A stretch of 60,497 nucleotides of DNA, the filler included, from Porpidia crustulata (Eukaryota), in NCBI GenBank assembly GCA_964255105.1. It is 4 parts of 4 records of this genome, joined end to end, with 100 filler letters (N's around TTAATTAATTAA, not from the genome) between each part and the next. Parts side by side here need not be neighbours in the genome. Positions count along the whole stretch, not along the records: positions 1 to 15,090 come from CAXUWE010000339.1; positions 15,191 to 30,241 come from CAXUWE010000340.1; 2 more parts are not named here. One strand, given 5' to 3'. The translations under genes and the position numbers were made by a program. The notes below the pieces were generated by a model. It did not search any database. It was not told the DNA's origin and saw only the letters and a list, made by a program, of their open reading frames with translations. Of the stretch, positions 11,297 to 23,210 are shown piece after piece; position 1 is the stretch's first letter, and each line of letters begins with the position of its first letter.

Positions 11297-12181
11297 TCAA
11301 AAGATAAAGGAAGGCTTCGGACGAATCTCAGGCTCGCTGTTGATGATGCCTGCCGCAATTACCCCGCCGGCTTGGACGCTTTGGTCATGATATGCCCTGA
11401 AGCTGGCAATGAGCTCCAGGTCTGCCTCAGTCGCCTCATCATGCCTGTTCTTCTGGTTCGCGGCCCACACCTCCGCAGGCGGGTTGCTCCAGCCGAATGT
11501 GAAGTGATTTCTTGGTGACCTCCCTTCGTGCAGATATGTGCCCTGATTGTGGACCAGTGGGTGGATTGGACAAGATGGAGAGGTGCAAGGAGCGCGCTCT
11601 GAGTTGGGAGACGTGGCTTTAATATCTAGTTTCTTGAGATTAGTGACCTGACGGATGCTAGCGCTTGAGGACGTTTGCGAATGGCTAAAATTTGTCTTGG
11701 ATTTTAAGAAAGGTTTGGCCGGCTTTCGGAATAGTGGTAGGGGGCTTGCGGTCTCTGTAATGGGGTTAACAGGTACCACAGTATGGGTCGATGGCTGAGG
11801 CTCTTGCCAGAAAACAGGTGGGGTGGCTGAAGATGACATTGGACTCCATTGCAAACTAGGTTTCGCGACACTGTTCGGTGCCTTCCAGTCTATCACCTTG
11901 AAATGTGGAGCAATGGTCCTTCCCGGGGCTGGACTACCTTGTGTTGGTAGGCACTGCTCCCCATGAGGCTTTGTCTGTGGCCTTTGAGGGCTTGGCGTTG
12001 TAGTCTTTGATCTTCTCTGCTTTGAGGATGTTGGTGAGGATTTGGACACTCTGGATATTGCTGGGGCTCTCGTGGCCTTAAACTTTCGAGGCCTTCTCTT
12101 GTTGAAATCCTTTCTGCAAAACTCTTCCCATTCTCCATCAGCGACCCGCCGGCGAGCTGCTGATCTCGTTACTGGTGGCAT
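11297..12181 (-). CDS. Hypothetical basic protein with one C-terminal C-x4-C-x6-H / FGxSNPP domain
   Basis: 294-aa ORF with an Arg/Lys-rich N-terminus. Domain CTSPSCPIHPLVHNQGTYLHEG...FGWSNPPAEVWAA...FRAYH is shared with the neighbouring gene. Confidence 0.8.
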   Translation of the reverse strand: MPPVTRSAARRRVADGEWEEFCRKDFNKRRPRKFKATRAPAISRVSKSSPTSSKQRRSKTTTPSPQRPQTKPHGEQCLPTQGSPAPGRTIAPHFKVIDWKAPNSVAKPSLQWSPMSSSATPPVFWQEPQPSTHTVVPVNPITETASPLPLFRKPAKPFLKSKTNFSHSQTSSSASIRQVTNLKKLDIKATSPNSERAPCTSPSCPIHPLVHNQGTYLHEGRSPRNHFTFGWSNPPAEVWAANQKNRHDEATEADLELIASFRAYHDQSVQAGGVIAAGIINSEPEIRPKPSFIF

Positions 12182-13108
12182 TTTCTAGGTGTAAGAATTG
12201 CAGACACAGTGGATGATTGGTACTCGTCTTCACCTTGAATAACTCAAGTGTATGAGAATAATGCGGATTTTTGGCCTCGAATACTTTCCGCTATGTGTGT
12301 ACGCGGATAAGATTACTTCTGGTTATGTACCCTTTCAATATGAACGAATCGAAGGGGACAAAGGGAAGAAAAGAACAATAAGGTTGTAGCTCTAAGGAAA
12401 TTGACGAACTACAAAGCTTTTCCATAATCCTGAGTAGGGGCTCAGTTCAACAAATAAAGCAACGAACAAAGAATAACGTGTGTACAAGACATTTCTTAGA
12501 GAAAGAAATAGGACCTTGGTCATCCGCGGTGGCTTCCGAGCGGCACATTGACACATCATATCCCAAGGGAGTGGGAGGCTGCGCTTGAGAGGGACAGCGA
12601 CCAGAACCGAAGGCATTTTGATGGTTGATAGTTAATTTTTGAAGATTTTGGTTTTCGTATGCAATTGACCTTAATGTTTATGCCCAGAGTTAGATTCCAA
12701 GAACGTGTGGAAGCGATCTTGTACAGCCTGCATGCCTTTGGCGACAGACGTGCTACCTTGCTTTGGTAGTATCGTTGTCCCCAGGTCATTAAGGTAATTA
12801 TCTTGTCTTTGTGACTAATTTTAGAGTGGGACATTATCTTTTTGGAGAAGGTAGCAGGCCGATTCTGAACCCGGTACTGGATAGAATTCTGAGTACTAAG
12901 GAGGAAAACTCGAAGGTTGCGAATGAAGTATGCGCCCTCTTGGTACGGCAGCAGGTGAAAATTGTTCACATCTCATTATCGGCACGGCGGATCTCATTAC
13001 GCTTGTGGATGACGAAAAGGGCCGAAAATTATATCTGCTCATACATGATCCCTACATGACGAGCAAAAAGGAAAATCCACACAATAAGCATCCAATTCAA
13101 TATGGGTC

Positions 13109-14209
13109 CTATCTAAATATGAATTTCTTCACGGCCGACTTATCCACAGATGAATTCTTGGATTTTATGGGACGCCCTTGGCCCCTTGATTTATTTTTAT
13201 CCGTCACGTCCATGATATCGGCGGATGAGTTATTTGGCTCGGTAGGGTAGTCGCGGTTTCTCGGTGTGACTGCGTCTGTTGCGTCCGTATTATCCCCAGA
13301 CGATCTCTTACGTTTAGGGGGACGGCCCGGACCCTTCGGCGGCATTGCTCCATGGAAAAGCCCATGGTGATCTACAAATGCATGGATATTTTCACGATCC
13401 CGCTCTTTCTCCTTCTCTGTACCTTCACCGCATTCTCGCCTCTCCTGCGCAGCCCAAATTTCCGGCGGTGGATTCGAAAAACCGAATGTCGCAGTATAAA
13501 CGTAATGCTGTCGGCGTTCATGAAAATAGGCACCTTTTTGACTGTCACAGTCTTTAGATTTAGCATGGCCTTCAAAGCGGTGAGACAACAAAGTCGATAT
13601 GCTGCTGAAGTGTTTCCGAAATCGCTCGAAATCGTTAGCCAGAAAAAAAAAAAAAAGAATGAACACGTGCGATCGAGCAGAACGAACAAGATTTTTCACA
13701 TACTGGTCTACTTGCACTGGACAGTTTGGAGACTTGCATCGAGTTCGCAATGTATGATTTAGTAACTGGTTTGGCTGGACGGGTCTGCTGTGATGTCTGT
13801 AAAATCCCTCCCAGATCTTGGCTTGCTCCTCAGGGTCTATACTCGGGATTGGATTCGTCGCAAGCTCATACGCTGCGGCAACTCGCGGAGGAGGGTTGCT
13901 CGGACCAAAGATATCGTTGATGAGGCCTGGTTCTGGGTTTTCCCCTCGCCACAAATAGAGTCCCTGGCCGTGGATACCTATGACGCGACAATCGCCTGCA
14001 GTGCAGCGAGGTTCTGGCTGAGGTCTGAATGGGGCTGTTTCCATCGGGTTCCCTGGGGGCCAGAATGGGATAACACTGATCGGTAAAGATTCATGGGCTA
14101 TAAATGTTGAATCGTTTATCGAGTCTTTTGGTATGGGTAAGATGTCATCGAATAATGATAGGCTGCGACCGGGTTGAGCGTTGCATAAAAGATACATTTT
14201 AAGCCGCAC
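13109..14209 (-). CDS. Hypothetical protein with two C-x4-C-x5-H / FGxSNPP domains and an AT-hook/NLS-like tail
   Basis: Contains an in-frame 162-nt intron (13703-13542, GTATGT...ACAG) whose removal creates the conserved His (VDH-QKGAYFHE). Tail contains PKGPGRPPKRKRSS and RGQGRPIKSK. The true start codon is uncertain. Confidence 0.8.
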   Translation of the reverse strand: MRLKMYLLCNAQPGRSLSLFDDILPIPKDSINDSTFIAHESLPISVIPFWPPGNPMETAPFRPQPEPRCTAGDCRVIGIHGQGLYLWRGENPEPGLINDIFGPSNPPPRVAAAYELATNPIPSIDPEEQAKIWEGFYRHHSRPVQPNQLLNHTLRTRCKSPNCPVQVDQYVKNLVRSARSHVFILFFFFLANDFERFRKHFSSISTLLSHRFEGHAKSKDCDSQKGAYFHERRQHYVYTATFGFSNPPPEIWAAQERRECGEGTEKEKERDRENIHAFVDHHGLFHGAMPPKGPGRPPKRKRSSGDNTDATDAVTPRNRDYPTEPNNSSADIMDVTDKNKSRGQGRPIKSKNSSVDKSAVKKFIFR

Positions 14210-15090
14210 GAGAGAATTAATGCGTTTGAATTTCTAAACATTCTATGTCGGCCAGCTTTTAAGTGGGGGAAGGAGCATCTGGTTAAAGTTGCGCAAGTAC
14301 GGCAAGGCATCACGAGATACCCTGTAATCCAACAAACACAAGCTCTTCTAAGAAACGGCAATAAAGAAAGAATAATCAGAGGGAGCGCGAGAGTTCTGGG
14401 ACGATAAGGTAGTTAGACGACTCTGTGTAGAAGCTGAGTCGGTTCCGCTCAGTAATTCGGATTTATCAGATAATGACGTTTGAACAGACATGAACTCACT
14501 GTCGCGACTAGCTGACGACTGCCGCTTCATTAGCGCAACATATTACTCTTGGAGCTTTCCTCTCTTCATTACGAGTGGCTCAGGGGATTGATCATGGCAA
14601 GAAATCATGATTACTAAGGTTGCAAACTCGCAAAGAGACGACGTGGTCAAGCTTGCCTGACCATTGAACAATGGTCTTGTTCGGGAAAGCCTGGAAGATA
14701 CAAAGAAACCGCACAATTTCTATTGTTATGTGCTGAAACCAGAGCACACAAAGGTATTGTAATCCTCAGATCCTCCTGCAAAATGCCTATTGTGCAATAC
14801 TACCTCCAGAAATACAACAACATTGTCAGTCTGAATCCCGTACAATATGCATTGTGGAAAATGGAGGCATTGACAAAGCTATTGTCCCCTTCCACCACCA
14901 ACGACCAAAAAAGGAATTCCCTCCCATGGATCACGACTGTTCATTATAAGATCCAGACCTCACCTCAATCGATGGCCCTCTTCAGATCCAATAAACCAAA
15001 CAAACACATATATATACGCGCACCACACCGCCAAATATCCCTCGCATCAAATCACTTCCCCAAACTCCCCTTTTCAAAACCACCACACAC

Positions 15091-15190
15091 NNNNNNNNNN
15101 NNNNNNNNNNNNNNNNNNNNNNNNNNNNNNNNNNTTAATTAATTAANNNNNNNNNNNNNNNNNNNNNNNNNNNNNNNNNNNNNNNNNNNN
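15091..15190. other. Artificial contig spacer
   Basis: N44-TTAATTAATTAA-N44, a linker with stops in all six frames. Confidence 0.97.
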
Positions 15191-18100
15191 GAGGGGGAGG
15201 GAGAGATTGAGGTGCGAGAGTTTGAAGCGATGAGAGTGGATGCTTGGCGTTTTGCTAGGCTGTTGGTTGAAAGGGAGACTTTGATGGTCCGGGATTTGAA
15301 TTGTGTAAGGTTAAGCTCTAAGGCGGCGGTTGCTTCTGCCTGGTGGTTTGTCAGTTCCAGATCTATTCGGAGTTGGAAGAGACTGACTTGACTCGAGAAA
15401 ACCACAAAAGCCATGCCTTTGCTTTTGCCCATGACATTCGTTGGTATTCGTACCTTTTCCACAGTGCCGTACTTTGAGAAATGCACCTCAACCTCTTTCT
15501 CGGTAGCACTCCAATCAATGTCTACCACATATAGCTCTCGGCCTTCATACATAGGACCTGATCTATCTTGCTTAATTTTAGGATTGGAGATTTTGGCTAC
15601 AAGTTTTAGCTTGCCAATGACCTCGTTGTTCAACTCGGTTGCGGCTGCGGCTTGGCTGGAAGACTTAAATTGGACGTAACAGAAACGACGGTGGGTATTG
15701 TATTTCAAGGAAGGAAAGCGAACCTCGACGATTTCTCCATACTGTAAAAGTCAGCAAATGGCCGGTATAGCAAATTTGAACAATCTCTACCTTATTGAAC
15801 TTTTCCCGTATGAAGTTCTCATCGGCTGTTGGAGGGAAGTTGGTGACGAATAGCGTAGATCCCGTGCCAACTTGTATTTCTATTGCATTCCCATCGAGAT
15901 TTTTCATATCTTTCGTCTGAGCAGAGAGGACGTCCTCCGCAGAATCGAATTCGATCGTAGCGGTACACGATGCACCATCGCTCTCCGGCAGCAATTTCAG
16001 AGTATTGATTACACCGCACTATCCACATCAGCATACAGAACGAAAGCTTCAGGGGTAAGAGCTTACATCTCTGAAATATTGGCGAACTCTAGTCTCTGTA
16101 GTCTTAGCCGGTAAATTCTTGACAATAATGGTCGCATTCTCACGGTCGCGCTTGAGACTGGTAGTCGGTAAAGCTTGTTCATCCACTTGCATATCAACAT
16201 CCCTAAAACCATCTCGCCGGCTTTTCTTGCTATTGCTTGCGTCCAACACGTCGGTGTCAGCATCCCGTTTCCGCTTTCCAGAGTTGATACTGTTTTGCAC
16301 ATCCACAAAAGCTTCCTGTTGCGCTTGTTGCGACTGCTGTTCGTGGTGCACCTGGGCCGCTTGGTACGCCTCAATCGCCTCCTTCTCCCTTCGCTTTTTT
16401 ACAATTTTCCTTCTCTTCCAGATTTGCACGACTGACGATTGGAGCTCCTCTGCATCTTCGTGATCTTCGCAGTGGTACCGGTATACATCCAATATCCTTT
16501 CGGGCCAGTCAAGCTTTGGCCTCGCTATTGCAGTGCGTAGGACCTTTGTAGCATCAGTGGGCTTTACTTGAGGTCCTACACCATTCAAATTACTGCTACC
16601 GTATGCTAGCTTTCCCCAGACACTCATTTCCCAGAGGTAGTAACAGAGCCAAAAGTCATGGCTGTCTCCATGTCTCGGTATCAAGCTCTTCCAATAATTC
16701 CTCGCGCCCTCTGTATTGCGACTCTGGGTGAGATATTTAATATAAATCCGCTCAAGACGGTATTCTGGGTCTCCGCTGTACTCTTTGCCGTGCTTCGCCT
16801 GCCCGAGAGTTTCCATGTCCTCAATTGCAGAGCGAATCCCGACCTCTGCTACATCTAAATCTTCATCCGTAGCATCCACATGGAATGCCCGACGCCGCAG
16901 AAACCCACACCAGGCGGTATGAACATTAAGGACCTCCTGCATTCCCCCAGCATCTAGTAATCCGGTACTGGTAGCTTTATGTTTCAAGCGTGAGAATTCG
17001 GTAAATGGAAGGTTATTCCTCTCTGCTGCCACCAAGTACTGAGCCCACAGGGTACCCGACCATGGGCAATGCCGTGTCGCCCTTTCCAGGACAGGCAAGG
17101 CCGACAGTTTGCGTTGCGGATGCCGAACGGTTTCATCATAGAGGAACATCACAAATCCTTCCCATAGCTCAGTGTCTGTTGGAAATCGCAGAGTCGCGCG
17201 CTGATAGAGTGCGTTAACCATCTCAAAGGAAAAAGGGTTACTTTTACGAGTTTGGTTGAATTCCCAGTCAGTGTACTCGGCAAATGCTGCCCATTCTGAG
17301 TCCTTGTCATGACCCTCACTTGCTTGGCGCAATCGAAATTCATAAGCCTCGCGTGAGCTGTAGATGGTCTTGGCAATAGCAGACTGCTGATTCACTGCAA
17401 TCATCGTCTCTTCGTAGGCTTCACTGTCATAACGAGATATAAAATTCGAAAAGGACTGAAAGGTTTGATCCCATGTCGAATGTGGTGTTTGGAGCCGGTT
17501 CACAAAGTGTAACTTCATTCCTGCAATGGCTGATTCTGACGGAGAGCTGGCGAGATCATACATTAATAACTCGGTATATCGGTTCCATAATAGATGACTG
17601 TCGTTGATCCGCCACCTTGTATCTGCGACGCCTTGGTTCCAAACGTCTAACATCTGCTGCCAGCTGCAAATTTCCCTTGCCACCATCTTGTCCTCTTCCG
17701 ACCACTTCTGAAGTTCATTTGGCGGCTCCGTAACGCTGCTAATTCTTTCGTCGTGGGAGTGAGCAACTGTATACATTGACAACATCCACTCGCCGTAAAG
17801 TAGCCACAGCTTCGAGCTTCCTGCCTCTTCCTCTACAGCTTTCTTACATGCCTCCATCACGGTTATACCATCGTCCAGTGTATCCGCAAGTAACTTCTGA
17901 TCTTCTATCCACTCTACCCAGAAATCTTCTCCCAGAGCGAACCTTACGTTCATGGCTTCTCTAGCATTCAGAAGGTCCTGGAGTAAATCGTAGGTTCGTG
18001 CGCTCCGTTGGAATTTCGGCGATGACGCCGAGCCAATGTGAGACAAAAGGCCGTGGTGGAGGAGCTTCACCAACTGGACGTGTGATTCGTAGGCAAATGG

Positions 18101-18703
18101 ATGAGTGGCTAGATGTGTAACGAGCTCCGCAACTGTCTGCAGCTCTGCTTCTGTCAGAGCAGTCGTCGAGTATGTACGCGATGAAGGTGTATGAGTGGGA
18201 ACATCGGCCATCGTAAGGTCGAGCGAGCTTCTACCGATACCTTGTGGCCTCGACGTGGAATGTACGTTTGGGAGAACCGTAGCTTGTGAGGGTTGGCTCT
18301 CATATACTTCTATGCTTCTTAACCCTCCAGAATTCACCCGGGCCGTCTGCTGATGATGCTGCATCGAGGCAAGATCGGCCAGTGTGTCCATCCCTGGCGT
18401 TGAAGGCTGTCTTGTTGGCCGGCTCAAGTCCATCGGTGGTGTACCAGAAACATTCATCCGAAGTCCCGGGGCCGGGCTGACTATAGGCGGCGACGGCATA
18501 GTATTCTCAGCTTGTATCACCGCGTTGTGTGAAAGTGCCTGAGGAGGAAGTGCGGTTTGCGATAACGGCGAGGCAGTGGTTGAGGCAGTACTAGGGTATT
18601 TTGTGACTTTGGATCTTCGTGACCTTTTCTGCGAGACTTTGGCTGGTGGGGAAGGAGTATCGCGAGGGGAATCTTGCGGAGACAGGAGAGAATTGATATC
18701 CAT
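15191..18703 (-). CDS. PRP24: U4/U6 snRNP recycling factor Prp24/SART3-like (HAT repeats + RRMs), 3' truncated by the contig end
   Basis: HAT-like helical repeats (ERATRHCPWSGTLW), then RRMs (IIVKNLP, TLFVTNFP...RRFCYVQF, ELYVVDID...KGMAFVVF). Introns 16066-16019, 15790-15742 and ~15387-15340. Confidence 0.9.
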
Positions 18704-19684
18704 GGCAGTCGATGATGTGGTAGTTCAAGAGATCCACGCCTTGATAAGATTCTTAACGGCGTGGACCTGACGAGGGTCGAGTACTTGAGATCTGCGCGCT
18801 ATTCTCATTCACGATGGGAGGTCCAGGCGTGCAGGAGGTCCATTAGATGCTTGAGGGGGCAAGTAGCAACAGATTCTGACGAGCTCTGGGTGGCATTAGT
18901 AAACGGTAGCAACAGTAGTGCCTCCTGGTCGTTCGGTGAGGTAACGTTGAATCGAAATACCGTCGTATCTCAAAATCAAGTATTTGAGCTTCACCCTCTA
19001 CCTTCGATGTTTCCCTTCTAGTTAGTGTTTGTCGACCTAGCCTGGTGCCGATGACACAGCAGGCCTAGACCGCATCAGGGTCCATACTAGTTGTAACCCC
19101 TGCTTAGCCTGACATAATCGCCCATCCCCCTTGCGGTTACACAATGGACGACTAAGATACCCAGGTCACTTTGGACGGCACTTGGTTCCAATGCCCCGCG
19201 CAAAATGATCGTGCCCTAAGCAATATGTTGTACACAAGTAGAACATGCCCTCTGGTTATCTGACAGCAATTGATGTACCCTCGAGAGTCCGAGACCCGCA
19301 GCTGGATCGTATCTCTCACAATGGACTAGTCTACCTAGCTTGTTCCTTTATTTACTTCGCCCTTATGCCCTATCTACCGGCAATAGTCCTCTTAGCCACG
19401 CCAGATCAAAGCGGGAGTATATATCTTTTCTCCTGCTCGATTCCCTATCACTCCCCGACGTCCATATAAGTTGTTCACAAGTTTTAGCCTCGAAGGGGCT
19501 AGAGAATGTCCTTGATGAGCCAAATTCAGATACATTATGAACATTTTCCTATCTCCAATGTATGTGGGTCATCATGACCATCCCAATGTATATTTCTCGT
19601 GTCTTAAAACTCTGCGTTTAAGAACAAGAAATATCTTCGTTATCTGATTTACGAGACTTATCCTTTACGATATAAACCCCCGAA

Positions 19685-19831
19685 ATGCCCATTCCTGCGT
19701 TCCGGCTCCTGGAACTACCTCGAGAGCTTCGCGACGTGATTCACTGGCATGTAATTCAATGCAATACACACAGCCCGGTTCCAGAGGAGCCGCCGTGGAC
19801 TACTAGACTTGCACCGACAAAGACGGTGTGA
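19685..19831 (+). pseudogene. F-box-like motif remnant (48 codons)
   Basis: MPIPAFRLLELPRELRDVIHWHV matches the fungal F-box-like start F-x-LL-x-LP-x-E-[LI]-R-x2-I. It stops at TGA 19829-19831 with no evident continuation. Confidence 0.5.
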
Positions 19832-20519
19832 TACAGTGTAGCTTGGGGGGCGAGCGGGCAATGCGTCCCTGCCGTCAAGAGTCACAACCATCCAATTGAT
19901 TCATGTCCCCGAATCTGCGCACTCACTTCACTTTCTCAAATCCCCATGTGATATCCCCGAGAGTTGAATTTATGTGTCTATCGACCTAACCTGCCTAACC
20001 GAGACCCTTCCCTTTCCTTCTTCCCTCCTACCTCCTCGGCCCTCTCCCCTTCTCCCCTTCCCTCCCCTCACTTTCCAAACTAAAGCCACAAACCAAAATC
20101 AAAAATCAGCCTCCAATTGCCCGTCTCATGCTCTAAATGTAAAGCTATCTACGGATAAAGTGACTGGTAATGGTAGTACAAAGCCTCCCTCCCCGCCCCA
20201 GATTTTCAGAAAGAAGAGAAAAGAAGAAAAGTCGAAAGTGAAACCCGTCTGACTTGCGCCCCGTAGCGACAAGTGTTCCATTTATGCCCCTCTCTTTTCC
20301 ATGGCTGGCTGTATCTCCTGCATATGCACCACCATTACCTCCCTTAGCTACTCCGAGAAAAAGGAAAAAAGAAAAAGGAGAAAAAGTTCACAAAACTTTT
20401 CGACACCACCAGCCACACCCTCAAATCCTCGTTCCGAAAAATTATGGAGAAATAGAAAAAAAATGAAGTAGCGGCCCGTACTACATGTATCAGCACAGTC
20501 TATCCAACATTCGCCACCC

Positions 20520-23210
20520 TCACACCTCGCCCTCTCCGCCCTTCTGACCAGCCCTTCGCGTACGCTTCGCCCTTGGTTCGACTTCTGCAGCCTCGACTGC
20601 GTGCGCGTGCGCGTGCTTGCAGGTCTTACGCTGGGCTGCCACGACACCCCTTCTGCGAGGTTTTTTGGTGCATTTGACGGAAGGGTCGATAGGGCCGCCG
20701 ACAATATCGGGGTCGCTGAGTGGGGCTTGAGGACTGGGGCCCTCGTCGGTGCCAGCTTTTTTCGCGGCCGCGATTTTCTTGGCGGTTTTGCTTCCGACAG
20801 GGCGGCCGACGCGGCGCCGCGAGTGCCGTTGGACATTGAATACGTCTTTAATGGGGTGGGCGGTGGAGCTGGGCGTGGAATCTTGGGTTTCTTTGTTGGT
20901 AACGGGTTTATCTTCGAAGGCAGTGATTTCATCGTTGATCGTTGCTTGAATCCCGCTGCATATTTGAGAGTCAGCGCCCGTTCCTACTCCTCTAGGCGCG
21001 GGGCTTGGTGAAACAGATGCTGTTGCCATCATCTTGAGAGGTGTCGAAGTGACGGCAGTAAATTGAGCAAAATCGATGCGAAGGGTCTCGGCGAAGGGAT
21101 CCGGAGTGTAGGGCAAAAGCGGAGGAGAGGATGGGGGCAGAGTTGACGGCGAGGGCGGGTCGTGGAGAGAGGCGTTGGCGATGGTGGTGGTATGGGCATT
21201 GATTGGAGTAAACCCAATACTATGACTGTTGCATCCGTAGCCGGCATGGCGAGAAGTCGTGGGGGAAAGGAAGTGGCGGTGGTCATATGGATTGTCGAGA
21301 TCGCCTGCGCTCGCGGGGGCGCTGAAGTTTGCGCCATTTGCGGAGGCGGTGGTTGGCGTCTCCGGTGATGTGACCTCACCGACGCCTTCCTCGTCGCTGT
21401 TATACACGGGAATGAGATTACGATACTTGTCGCGTTTGGCCTTGACCGTTGTGACAGTAGTGTGGGCGAGGTAATTGTCACCGTAAACGGGGCTGTTGGA
21501 AGGGCCGGGAGCATTGGATCCTCCAGCATGGGCGTGAAATACTCCTTGTACTTGTGGAAAGGATTTGGACAGATGATCGGGGCTGTTCTCAGTATTTGTA
21601 TTATGGACAGCAGAATAGGGGCTGAGGTTGTCCGATCGGGATAGCTCTTGATCAAAATTCGGTCCAGGGCCTCCCGATTCATCTCTATGCACGTCAATGG
21701 AATGCGCCAATAGGAGTTCGTTTATACCGGCTCCGTCATGCAAGTACCCGGTATAGTGTGGGTCAAAGTAGGCCGGCTGGAAATTGCCAGTGTGTGAATC
21801 TGGATATTCTTCACTTATAGGGTTGACGACTGATGGGGCCGCGTTATTGGCGATCACCGGGCGAAATTCATCGTCGGTCATCTCAACGTCATCGGAAACG
21901 CTATGATAATCTTCACTGGCTGTGTGTTCACTCCCTGAGGATACGAAGCCTGACAGATCATATGGTGCTTCATATTCATATTCATGTTCATTTTTATTAT
22001 TATCTTTCTCGCCGGCGGGAGCTGTCTTGCTGGTTTCGAAGCGAGCTAGACAATTGCCGACGGTTGTTCCCACCCATTGTTGATTGTGGTCGTCGGGCCG
22101 ATAAGTTGCGTATTCAGATGTGATACCGCGCGTGGACTGTGGCGGGGAAGCTTTGCTGACCTCAGCAGCAAATTGATCGTCCATGTGAATTGCAGAGTCA
22201 TAAGAGGTACTGGAGGTGAACGGTCCTGCAAAGGCACGGTTACTCTGGGGCCATGTAACCCAGGTGGTGGATATTGAGTCACCATCGAAATCCTTAAATT
22301 CCGTAAGTAGTTGATCATATTCCGTCGCCAATTGGTCGTTGTAAGAAACCGGTTGCCCGCGGTTGGGTGTCAGTTGGTCGTCGCTGAACGTCAGTTGATT
22401 GTTGTTGAGCGCCGCTTTTCCGGTCGCATCAGCAGCAGTGTACGGCCCAGGTCCATAGAAAGCATCAAGTTCTTGGTCAAGGTCGAAGTCGTCAAGATTA
22501 GGAAAGGGCTCATCATAAGTAATCCATTTGAGGCCCTTATTGATGCTCTGTTTTGCTAGGTAAACCTCGTTCTGCCTCTCTTTGATTGCATTTCTGGCGG
22601 CAGAAATTGTATGCCCTGTGATCCAGATATATTCTTCTTCACTGAGTCCGTGATGGGGTATGGCGTGGAGCTTCTGCGCTGCAGTAGTTGAGCAGGCTCG
22701 GGAGTCAAATTTCCAGGCAGTTTCTAAAGCTTTCTTTACCTTGTCGTTGAGGACCATTTCGGCAATCGACATGTCATTCCTGTAGAGGCAAGCCATTTGT
22801 TGATTGTATTGCATGAGGCCTTCCTGTGCTTGGGTGGCACCAGCCCTGGCATCGACAGTGTCGTCCTCCAAGATCGGATTCGAGAGGAACGGGGTCACAT
22901 TATCAAGGTCAGGTACCTCTGTGACACGAGTTGGCGTACGAGAAATGTTAGGGGCGCAGGCATGAATCGAACTTGAGTACGGAGGAAGTTTTGCTGCTTT
23001 AGTTAGGCTATACTCAGGTTGCCAATGAGAGCGTCGAGGAACTTACACTGTGAAAGCTTGAGGGATTCAGCCATGTTGATTGGATCTTGATACGCGTAGC
23101 GAATCTGTTGGAGGGACAGATCAAAGTTTGGATCTATGTGTCATGAGCTTGTTGATAGTTGATGGCTTGACACTGTACTTACTGGCTGCCATAACAATTT
23201 TGTGGTCCAT
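20520..23210 (-). CDS. Large low-complexity hypothetical protein with a basic C-terminus and AT-hook-like motif
   Basis: The 792-codon ORF is extended in frame by two upstream exons (introns 23182-23134 and 23046-22994, both GTAAGT...AG), giving the start MDHKIVMAANPNF. C-terminal RRRVGRPVGSKTAKK. Confidence 0.75.

Noticed and set aside
12556..12969. ORF containing QEGAYF, resembling QKGAYF of the novel domain, between the two paralogs
   Set aside because: It lacks the Cys pair, the His and FGxSNPP in the frames I read; too short a match to call a fourth copy.
15135..15146. TTAATTAATTAA repeated three times at ~15 kb spacing
   Set aside because: Synthetic linker inside N runs, not biological.
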